A stretch of DNA of 33,321 nt from Geminicoccaceae bacterium (GTDB taxonomy: Bacteria; Pseudomonadota; Alphaproteobacteria; Geminicoccales; Geminicoccaceae), in the NCBI GenBank assembly GCA_036375275.1, contig DASUSF010000439.1, positions 1 to 33,321 on the forward strand, given 5' to 3'. This document shows positions 17,753-24,634 of the stretch, piece by piece. The translations under genes were made by a program, and so were the position numbers. The notes under the pieces were generated by a model. The model saw nothing but the letters and a program-made list of their open reading frames with translations, had not been told where the DNA came from and made no database searches. Each line of letters opens with the position of its first letter. Positions within the stretch are counted from its first letter, which is position 1.

Positions 17753-19423
17753 TCAGGCCGGATCGGCCGCGTGCCAGGTCTCGATCCGAAGCGTCGAAGG
17801 GTCCTGATGGCCGGTCGGCACCACGCCTTCGAGCCAGAGCGGCCAGACGTGGGCGTCGGCGCGGAAGTAGAGCGGCAGGGCCGGCAGCTCGCTGGCGTAG
17901 ATCTCCTGGATCCGCCGCCACATCGCCTTCCGCTTCTCGCGGTCCAGCTCGCGCTCGATGTCCTCGAGCAGCTGGTCCATCTCGGCGTTCTTGAAGCCGG
18001 TGTAGTTCTGCCCCGACCAGCCGTTCGCCTCGCTCGGGATCTCCTCGGAGTGGAGGGTCGAACGCGGCACGTTCTCGGGCGAGCTGATCCAGGCGAACAT
18101 CGCCATGTGGTCGAAGCGCCGCTTGCTCGTGGTCTCGCCGAAGAACACCCGCGCCGGCTCGTTCTCGATCCTGACCTCGATCCCGAGCCGCTTCCACTGG
18201 CTCTGCAGCACCTGCTCGACCAGCTCGCGCGAGCGGTTGCCGGCGGTGGTCATCAGCGTGAAGGCGAGCCGCCGGCCGTCCGGCCCGTGCCGGATGCCGT
18301 TCCGGAGGTCGGCATAGCCCGCCTCGTCGAGCAGCGCCGCCGCCCGCTCGAGGTCCTCCTCGTAGTGCGGGATGTCGTCGGCGTGGACCCAGTCGAGCGG
18401 GCTGACGCTGGTGTGCGCGACCGGCTGCCGCCCTTCGAACAGCTGCTCGCTCAACGCCTGCCGGTCGAGGCCGAGGATCAGCGCCTGGCGGACCCGCCGG
18501 TCGGCGAGCACCGGGTCGTCGAGCATCAGGTCGACGTGCTCGTAGACGAGGCCCGGCTTGTAGGTGATCCGATAGGCGTCACCGTGGCGCTTCTCGAAGG
18601 CCAGCGCCTGGTCGACCGTGAGGCCGACCTCGCCCGGGATCATGTCGATCGAGCCGGAGAGCAGGTTCGCTTCCAGGGCCGCCGTGTTCTCGATCGCCTT
18701 GACCACGATCCGCTCGAAATAGGGGGCCTCGCCGTAGAAGGTCGGGTTGGGCTCGAGGGTGACGGATGCGCCGGGCGCGACCGCCGTGATCTTGTAGGGC
18801 CCGAACCAGAGGCCCGGGTTGGTCGTGTCGGTGTCGAACAGGGTCCGGTTCCGATACGTGCTCGGATCCGCCTCGAACCGCGCCCGCTCGAGATGCGCCG
18901 GGATCAGCTCGAAATCGTTGATCGCGTTGTACTCGAAGGTGACCCGGTCGACGTGCATGACGAAGGTCTTGTCGTCGACCACGTCGATCTCGAGGATCCG
19001 CCGGTACAGCTCGGCGTTGGTGACCCCGCTCTCCGGATGCTTGCCGACCTCGAGGGTGAACAGCACGTCGTCGGTGGTGACCGGGGTGCCGTCGCCCCAG
19101 GTCGCATCGGGCTGGATGGTGTAGGTGAGCGCGATCCCCTCGCCACCGTCCGCGAGCGGCTCGATCTCGGCGAGGCCGTTCTCGAGGGTCGGCAGCTCCG
19201 TGCACAGCATGCAGACCAGCTCCCAGTCGGGGTCGTAGGCCGTGAACGGGCGCTGGGCCATCGACAGCACGTACTTCTTGGCCATCATCGAATCGATGTT
19301 CGGGTGGAAGTTCGACGGGAACTGGGTGATGCCGATCGTGAGCTGCCTGGGCGCGGCTGCCGCCTCGTCCGCCAGCGTGCCGGCGAGCAGCGCGAGAATG
19401 AACGCGAGGGTCCGTCCAGCCAT
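17753..19423 (-). CDS. ABC transporter substrate-binding protein, family 5 (peptide/nickel type)
   Basis: ATG at 19423 has AAGGAG 6 nt upstream. The signal peptide is MAGRTLAFILALLAGTLADEAAAA and the product is 556 aa with family-5 character. The upstream part of the 764-aa track ORF is read-through. Confidence 0.9.
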   Translation of the reverse strand: MAGRTLAFILALLAGTLADEAAAAPRQLTIGITQFPSNFHPNIDSMMAKKYVLSMAQRPFTAYDPDWELVCMLCTELPTLENGLAEIEPLADGGEGIALTYTIQPDATWGDGTPVTTDDVLFTLEVGKHPESGVTNAELYRRILEIDVVDDKTFVMHVDRVTFEYNAINDFELIPAHLERARFEADPSTYRNRTLFDTDTTNPGLWFGPYKITAVAPGASVTLEPNPTFYGEAPYFERIVVKAIENTAALEANLLSGSIDMIPGEVGLTVDQALAFEKRHGDAYRITYKPGLVYEHVDLMLDDPVLADRRVRQALILGLDRQALSEQLFEGRQPVAHTSVSPLDWVHADDIPHYEEDLERAAALLDEAGYADLRNGIRHGPDGRRLAFTLMTTAGNRSRELVEQVLQSQWKRLGIEVRIENEPARVFFGETTSKRRFDHMAMFAWISSPENVPRSTLHSEEIPSEANGWSGQNYTGFKNAEMDQLLEDIERELDREKRKAMWRRIQEIYASELPALPLYFRADAHVWPLWLEGVVPTGHQDPSTLRIETWHAADPA

Positions 19424-19582
19424 CGGGCACTCCTTCGAGTATCGTCGACCGCCATCGCACGATCGAACGTCCCGCCGCAAGGCGAAGACCGTGCCGCCGC
19501 CCGCCTGCGACGACCCCGCACCGTCGCGACGTGGTCCGAGGCGATATGATCCTCGCGCAGGAACCGACCAGGGAGCAGCTTG

Positions 19583-20062
19583 ATGAAGGCTTGGTTGACG
19601 GCGGTCGTCCTCCTCGTCGCCGCCGGCGCCGTGCAGGGCGCCGAGATCCACCTCGACGACGCCTGGGTCAGGGTCTCGCTCGGCGCGGTGCCGAACAGCG
19701 CCGCCTACATGACCATCCGGAGCGACGCGCCCGACCGCCTGACCGGCGCGTCGAGCCCCGCGGCCAAGCGGGTCGAGCTGCACACCACCACGATGCACGC
19801 CGGCGTCTCGCAGATGCGGCGGCTCCAGGCGGTGGAGGTCGGGCCCGGCTCGCCTGCGGTCCTGCAGCCGGGCGGCATGCACCTGATGCTCCTCGGGCTG
19901 ACCGGGAGGCTCGAGGAGGGTGATGCGATCCGGCTCGACCTGGAGTTCGAGCAGGCCGGAACGGTCGCCGTGGAGGTGCCGGTGCGGGGCCTCCGGGCCG
20001 GCGGCGGTTCGGGCCACGGCCCTGGCGGCCACGGCTCGGGCGGCCACGGCTCGGGCGGCTGA
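19583..20062 (+). CDS. periplasmic copper chaperone PCu(A)C (DUF461) with C-terminal His/Gly repeat tail
   Basis: ATG at 19583 has GGGAG 7 nt upstream and encodes signal peptide MKAWLTAVVLLVAAGAVQGA. There is an exact H-X10-M-X21-H-X-M copper motif (H TTTMHAGVSQ M ...21 aa... H L M). The tail reads GSGHGPGGHGSGGHGSGG. Confidence 0.85.
   Translation: MKAWLTAVVLLVAAGAVQGAEIHLDDAWVRVSLGAVPNSAAYMTIRSDAPDRLTGASSPAAKRVELHTTTMHAGVSQMRRLQAVEVGPGSPAVLQPGGMHLMLLGLTGRLEEGDAIRLDLEFEQAGTVAVEVPVRGLRAGGGSGHGPGGHGSGGHGSGG
20012..20056 (+). repeat. 3 x 15-bp in-frame tandem repeat encoding (GHG-x-G)3
   Basis: The units are GGCCACGGCCCTGGC, GGCCACGGCTCGGGC and GGCCACGGCTCGGGC. They are read directly from the 3' end of the PCu(A)C gene. 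Confidence 0.85.
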
Positions 20063-20956
20063 TCAGCTGCCGGGCGGCGGCGCGTCGGGGAGCAGCCCGC
20101 CCTCGAGCCGTTCGCCATCGATCCGGATCTCGCCGGCCCGGACCATCAGATACCAGCCGGCGTCGACCTTGAGCGGCTGCTCCGCCCAGTTCTTGCCGAA
20201 GGTCCGCTCGCCGAGCAGCCGGGCACCGGCGTAGCGGTGCAGCAGCGCCGCCAGGACCTCGGCGCTGCTCCGGGTGTCGGGGCCGATCAGCACGTCGAGG
20301 GGCCCGATCGTCGCGCGCCGCGGCGGGGCCGGGATGGCGAACACGATCACGCCGCGGCGGCCGACGATCCGGACGGCGCCGGGGCGGGCGCCGGTGAAGA
20401 TGCCGGCGACCTCGAGCATTCGGGCGATGCTGCCGCCGCGGTGCGTGCGCAGGTCGATCTCGAGCCGGTCGCCGGGGCGGAGCGCCGCGAGCGCGCCGAG
20501 CACCTGTCCGCTGGCGCGCCGGCCGAAGCGGTCGATCCGGATCCGGAGCACCCCCGGGGAGACCCGGTGGGCCAGGGTGACCGAACGCGGCACCACGCCG
20601 GCGCGGATCAGCTGCGGGTCCGCCTCCGGCACCGCCAGCAGCCGCGCACCCTCGGGCCAGGCCGCGGCGATGGTCTCGGCGGCGCAGCGGAGCTCGCCCG
20701 CGCACGCGCCCCGGACCGCCTCCAGGTCGGGCACCGCGCCCGCCGGGGCGTGCCGCGCGATCAGCGCCTCGAGCCGCTCGAAGCCGTCGCCCGCGTTCGC
20801 GTGGAAAGGCAGGCACAGAAGCGCGGCCACGAGCAGGGCGCTTGCACCTCGGCTGCGCCGCCGCCGCGCGGGCGGCGCGTGGCGCCGGGGCGCGCCCGCG
20901 ACCGCCGCAGCCCCGCTCCGCCGGACGATCCAGCGCCCGGTCAAGCGCCCGGTCAA
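20063..20956 (-). CDS. S41 (C-terminal processing) peptidase-like secreted protein lacking a PDZ domain
   Basis: Family motifs are LEIDLRTHRGGS, IGPDTRSSAEVLAALL (Ser nucleophile region) and GERTFGK (Lys). A signal-like region RRRRSRGASALLVAALLCLPFHANA is present. There is no in-frame ATG, so the start is assigned to TTG 20956 (or TTG 20944) just after the upstream stop. The start is uncertain. Confidence 0.6.
   Translation of the reverse strand: MTGRLTGRWIVRRSGAAAVAGAPRRHAPPARRRRSRGASALLVAALLCLPFHANAGDGFERLEALIARHAPAGAVPDLEAVRGACAGELRCAAETIAAAWPEGARLLAVPEADPQLIRAGVVPRSVTLAHRVSPGVLRIRIDRFGRRASGQVLGALAALRPGDRLEIDLRTHRGGSIARMLEVAGIFTGARPGAVRIVGRRGVIVFAIPAPPRRATIGPLDVLIGPDTRSSAEVLAALLHRYAGARLLGERTFGKNWAEQPLKVDAGWYLMVRAGEIRIDGERLEGGLLPDAPPPGS
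20932..20955. repeat. perfect 2 x 12-bp tandem duplication (AGCGCCCGGTCA)
   Basis: Read directly from the sequence. On the minus strand each copy supplies an in-frame TTG (LTGR-LTGR) at the candidate start of the S41-like gene. Confidence 0.8.
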
Positions 20957-20964
20957 TGGCGGTA

Positions 20965-22125
20965 TCAGTGGCAGTAGTTGAGCGCGCCGACCATGTGGGC
21001 GCCCCAGGGCGTCTCGCCGACGCCGTCGATCACCTTGACGAGCTTCCGGGCGCCGACGTCGATCACCGCCACCTGCCCGGTGCTGCCGAGGGCGACGTAG
21101 AGCTTCTTGCCGTCGGGCGTGACGACGCCCGTCTCGGGCGCCCCGGGGAGCGCGATCTCGCCGACCGGGACGAGCGCCTCGAGGTCGTAGATCAGCGCCT
21201 TCGACTCGCCGCGGCTGAGCACGAACGCCGTGCTCTCGAACCAGCCGGTGTTGACGCCGGTCATGTCGTGCGCGCCGGGCAGGCGCGCGACCTCCTCGAG
21301 GCGCGCGACGTCGATGATCGAGACCGTCCGGTCGCCGTTGTTGGGGACGATCATGAGCCGGCCGTCGGCGGTGGCGTACGCCCGCCACGGCTCGTCGCCG
21401 AGCTCGAGCGTGCGGACCGTGCGGCCGGCTTCGAGGTCGAGCACCGCGAGGCGGTCGCCCTCGCCGTAGGCGGCGAAGCCGAGCCGCCGGTCGGGCGTCG
21501 GCGTCACGCTGATCACGCCCTGGAAGCTGCCGTCGTCGGGCGCGGTTCCCGCCGCGAGGCCGGGCTCGCCGAGCGCGATCTCGTCGATCACGCGCCCGCT
21601 CCCGACATCGATCACGGAGACCAGCGGCGCTCCGAGGTTGCCCACGAACAACCGCTCGCCGCCGGGACCGAAGGTCATGTTGTGCGGCTGGTGCAGCCCG
21701 TCGATCCGGGCGATCTCCCGCTCCTCGGCGAGCGACACCAGCGAGACGCTCCCGGCGCCGATGTTGCCGACCGCGAGCAGGTCGCCGTCGGGTCCGAGCT
21801 CCATGTGCTCGGGCTCGTGGCCGAGGCGAACGGTGGCCCGCGCCTCGCCCGTCGCGAGGTCGACGATCGAGATGGTGTCGTCGGCGGTGTTGGTCGTCGC
21901 CATGCGCCCGAGAGCATCGCTGACCGCGACCTGGTGCGGCAACGCGCCGACCTCGATCCGCGCCACCACCTCGTCGCGCGCCGGATCGATCACGGCAACA
22001 TCGGCGGAATCGCGGTTCGGCACGAAGACATGGCCGTCCCATGCGCCGGCCGCGAGCGCGGGTGCCGCCGCGACGGCCGTTCCGATGCTGAAGCCGACGG
22101 AGATCCAGAGGCGGGTGCGGGGCAT
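20965..22125 (-). CDS. YVTN-family beta-propeller repeat protein, secreted
   Basis: There are repeated ~40-aa units of the type V.VID..T..VV..I.VG..P..VA.SPDG. The signal peptide is MPRTRLWISVGFSIGTAVAAAPALAAG. ATG 22125 is preferred because GAGGA lies 5 nt upstream; ATG 22140 has no Shine-Dalgarno. The protein ends ...GAHMVGALNYCH. Confidence 0.8.
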   Translation of the reverse strand: MPRTRLWISVGFSIGTAVAAAPALAAGAWDGHVFVPNRDSADVAVIDPARDEVVARIEVGALPHQVAVSDALGRMATTNTADDTISIVDLATGEARATVRLGHEPEHMELGPDGDLLAVGNIGAGSVSLVSLAEEREIARIDGLHQPHNMTFGPGGERLFVGNLGAPLVSVIDVGSGRVIDEIALGEPGLAAGTAPDDGSFQGVISVTPTPDRRLGFAAYGEGDRLAVLDLEAGRTVRTLELGDEPWRAYATADGRLMIVPNNGDRTVSIIDVARLEEVARLPGAHDMTGVNTGWFESTAFVLSRGESKALIYDLEALVPVGEIALPGAPETGVVTPDGKKLYVALGSTGQVAVIDVGARKLVKVIDGVGETPWGAHMVGALNYCH

Positions 22126-22306
22126 GGCTTTCCTCGTCATGGCGGAGGCTCGACCCGTCGAGCCTTAAGAGGCCCGGCCGCGGATGTCCATAAGCGGGCC
22201 CGCCGCCGTCCTCACCTAGCTGTTGTTTGACAAGACTCTGCGCTTGGACCAGCTTATTCCGATCCGAGGATCGGGTGCTAAGACCGCAACCAACGGCGAC
22301 CCAGCA

Positions 22307-22342
22307 CGAGGCACGTCTGAACACCCGAGGCACGTCTGAACA
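22307..22342 (+). repeat. perfect 17-bp direct repeat x2 (CGAGGCACGTCTGAACA), 19-bp period, abutting the TRAP ribosome-binding site
   Basis: Copies lie at 22307-22323 and 22326-22342, separated by CC. GAGGAG (22343-22348) follows immediately, then the GTG start at 22357. Confidence 0.8.
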
Positions 22343-22356
22343 GAGGAGATCCGATC

Positions 22357-23499
22357 GTGAGCGAGATGAAGCGCAACGAGGCGCCGGCCGCACCAGCACG
22401 CCGCCGGTTCATCAAGGGAGCCGCCGTCGGCGCCGCCGGCGCAGGCGCGGCCCTGGCCGCCCCGGCCATCGTCCGGGCGCAGAGCACGACCCTCAAGATG
22501 CAGGGCTCGTGGGGACCGACCGACATCTTCAACGAGATGGCGGAAGACTACGTCAAGATGGTCAACGAGATGTCGGGCGGCGAGCTCAAGATCGACTACC
22601 TGGTCGGCGGGGCGGTCGTGAAGCCGTTCAGCGTCCAGGACGCGACCCACGCCGGCATTCTCGACGGCGCCCATACGGTGCCCGCCTACTGGTACGGCAA
22701 GAACAAGGCGGCGTCCCTGTTCGGCACCGGCCCGGTCTATGGCTGGGACGCGCACCAGTGCCTGGGCTGGATCTACTACGGCGGCGGCCAGGAGCTCTAC
22801 GACGAGCTCGTGCAGGACATCCTGGGCCTCAACCTGGTCGGCTTCTTCAGCACGCCGATGCCGACCCAGCCGCTCGGCTGGTTCAAGCAGGAGATCACCT
22901 CGGTCGACCAGATGAACGGCCTGAAGTACCGGACCGTCGGCCTCGCCACCGACGTCATGCAGACGATGGGCCTGGCGGTGACCCAGCTGCCCGGCGGCGA
23001 GATCGTGCCGGCCCTGGAGCGCGGCGTGATCGAGGCGTTCGAGTACAACAACCCGACCTCCGACCGTCGCTTCGGCGCCCAGGACGTCTCCAAGCACTAC
23101 ATGATGGGCAGCTACCACCAGAACAACGAGTTCTTCGAGATCATCTGGAACAAGGCCAAGTACCAGTCCCTGCCGGAGGGCCATCAGGCGATCCTGAAGT
23201 ACGCCGCGCAGGCCGCCTCGTCGAACAACCTGTGGAAGGCGTTCGACCAGTACTCGACGGACTTCACGGGGCTGCGGCAGGAGGACGGCGTCAACGTCTA
23301 CCGGACGCCGGAAGACATCCTCAAGGCGCAGCTCGCGGCGTGGGACACCGTCGTCGAGAACCTCAGCTCGGACGACTTCTTCAAGCGGGTGATCGACTCG
23401 CAGAAGGCCTGGGGCCAGCGGGTCGGGCAGTACATGATCTTCAACCAGTCGGACCCGAAGCTGGCCTACGAGCACTACTTCGGCGCGCTCGGCTTCTAG
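22357..23499 (+). CDS. TRAP transporter substrate-binding protein (DctP superfamily), Tat-signal
   Basis: GTG at 22357 lies 8 nt after GAGGAG. The twin-arginine leader is RRRFIKGAAVGAAGAGAALAAPAIVRA. The mature protein has TRAP solute-receptor character (WYGKNKA...GWFKQEI...LKYR...NNP). Confidence 0.9.
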   Translation: MSEMKRNEAPAAPARRRFIKGAAVGAAGAGAALAAPAIVRAQSTTLKMQGSWGPTDIFNEMAEDYVKMVNEMSGGELKIDYLVGGAVVKPFSVQDATHAGILDGAHTVPAYWYGKNKAASLFGTGPVYGWDAHQCLGWIYYGGGQELYDELVQDILGLNLVGFFSTPMPTQPLGWFKQEITSVDQMNGLKYRTVGLATDVMQTMGLAVTQLPGGEIVPALERGVIEAFEYNNPTSDRRFGAQDVSKHYMMGSYHQNNEFFEIIWNKAKYQSLPEGHQAILKYAAQAASSNNLWKAFDQYSTDFTGLRQEDGVNVYRTPEDILKAQLAAWDTVVENLSSDDFFKRVIDSQKAWGQRVGQYMIFNQSDPKLAYEHYFGALGF

Positions 23500-23519
23500 A
23501 CCGGCGGCCACGTCACCAC

Positions 23520-23548
23520 GAGGGGCGGTGCCGGCGGCGCCGCCCCTC
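23520..23548 (+). promoter_or_regulatory. intercistronic stem-loop between TRAP binding-protein and membrane-subunit genes
   Basis: GAGGGGCGG (23520-23528) pairs perfectly with CCGCCCCTC (23540-23548) across an 11-nt loop. There is no U tract. This is the usual position for hairpins that raise binding-protein mRNA levels relative to the permease genes. Confidence 0.4.
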
Positions 23549-23611
23549 CGACACCGGATGCCGGCGCGCGGTGGGCCCGGCAAGCGGCCTGAGGAGGAGA
23601 AGAGCCGCGCC

Positions 23612-24634
23612 ATGAGCATGTACCGGGTTCTGCAGATCGGCCTCGCCGTGCTCCTCATGGTCGGGTTCGTCCTACCATGGGTCACGTCCGCCGGCCTTTC
23701 CTTCAGCGGGATCGACATCGCCGGCCTGACCGGCGCGCCGGACACCTTCCCGGAGGGCTTCGAGACGGGGCTGATCGGCGTCGGCGCTCCGTTCTTCGAT
23801 CTCTTCTACCTCGTGCCGGTGCTCGCCCTCCTGACCATCGGCGCTGCCGTCTTCGGGCGCGGCCTCACGATCATGGCCGCGGTGACCGGGGTCTTCACCC
23901 TCGTCCTCTTCCTGTACTGGATCGCCGACTTCCAGACCGACCTTCGCGGCCTGATGCGGATCGGCCTGTGGATCGTGATCGTCGCCGCCATCCTGATGGT
24001 CGTCGCCACGGTCGTCTTTCACCTCGATCCCTTCCTGCATTTCGTCGACGAGCTCAACGCCTACACCGGCAAGACCTTCGCCTGGACCATCGTCATCCTG
24101 ACCTTCGGCGTCAGCTACGAGGTCTTCGTCCGCTACGCGCTCCGGGCGCCGACGTCGTGGGCCTACGACGTCAGCTACATGATGTACGGCTCGCTGTTCC
24201 TGATGGCGGGGGCCTACACCCTCGCCAACAACGGCCACGTCCGCGCGGACGTCATCTACCGGCTGTGGCCGGTCAAGGTGCAGGGGACGATCGACCTGAT
24301 CCTGTTCCTGCTGTTCTACTTCCCCGGCGTGATGGCCCTGATCTACTCGGGCTTCATCTTCTCGCGCATGTCCTTCATGTTCAAGGAATCGAGCGTATTC
24401 AGCCCGGCGGGCGTGCCGATCTACCAGCTGAAGGCGCTCATCCCGCTAGCCGGCATCTTCCTGTTCCTGCAAGGGATCTCGGAGCTGGTCCGCTGCGTGC
24501 GCGCGATCCGCACCGGGGTCTGGCCGGTCCGGCTGCAGGACGTCGACGAGATGGAGAGCGCGCTGCAGCACTTCCACGAAGACCACGAGCGGCTCGAGCG
24601 CGAGCGCCAGCGCGGCGGGGAGGTCGCCCGATGA
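23612..24634 (+). CDS. TRAP transporter small permease (DctQ family) with a 143-aa, 4-helix N-terminal extension
   Basis: ATG at 23612 follows GAGGAGGAGAAG. The DctQ-like core starts near 24041 (FVDELNAYTGKTFAWTIVILTF...YMMYGSLFLMAGAYTL..N.HVR.DV...). Residues 1-143 contain four hydrophobic helices with normal GC3 bias. The stop overlaps the next start (ATGA). Confidence 0.8.
   Translation: MSMYRVLQIGLAVLLMVGFVLPWVTSAGLSFSGIDIAGLTGAPDTFPEGFETGLIGVGAPFFDLFYLVPVLALLTIGAAVFGRGLTIMAAVTGVFTLVLFLYWIADFQTDLRGLMRIGLWIVIVAAILMVVATVVFHLDPFLHFVDELNAYTGKTFAWTIVILTFGVSYEVFVRYALRAPTSWAYDVSYMMYGSLFLMAGAYTLANNGHVRADVIYRLWPVKVQGTIDLILFLLFYFPGVMALIYSGFIFSRMSFMFKESSVFSPAGVPIYQLKALIPLAGIFLFLQGISELVRCVRAIRTGVWPVRLQDVDEMESALQHFHEDHERLERERQRGGEVAR

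Noticed and set aside
20012-20056. Short tandem repeats (3 x 15 bp, 2 x 12 bp at 20932-20955, 2 x 17 bp at 22307-22342) as possible CRISPR or minisatellite arrays.
   Set aside because: The units are contiguous or separated by only 2 nt, with no unique spacers, only 2-3 copies, and no cas genes. The first is simply in-frame coding repeat.
20063-22399. The single 778-aa minus-strand ORF spanning both the S41-like and beta-propeller regions, as a possible large fusion protein.
   Set aside because: Upstream of ~20960 this frame is out of frame with the clearly real YVTN gene (20965-22125) and reads as Arg-rich nonsense. Only the last ~295 codons look like a protein.
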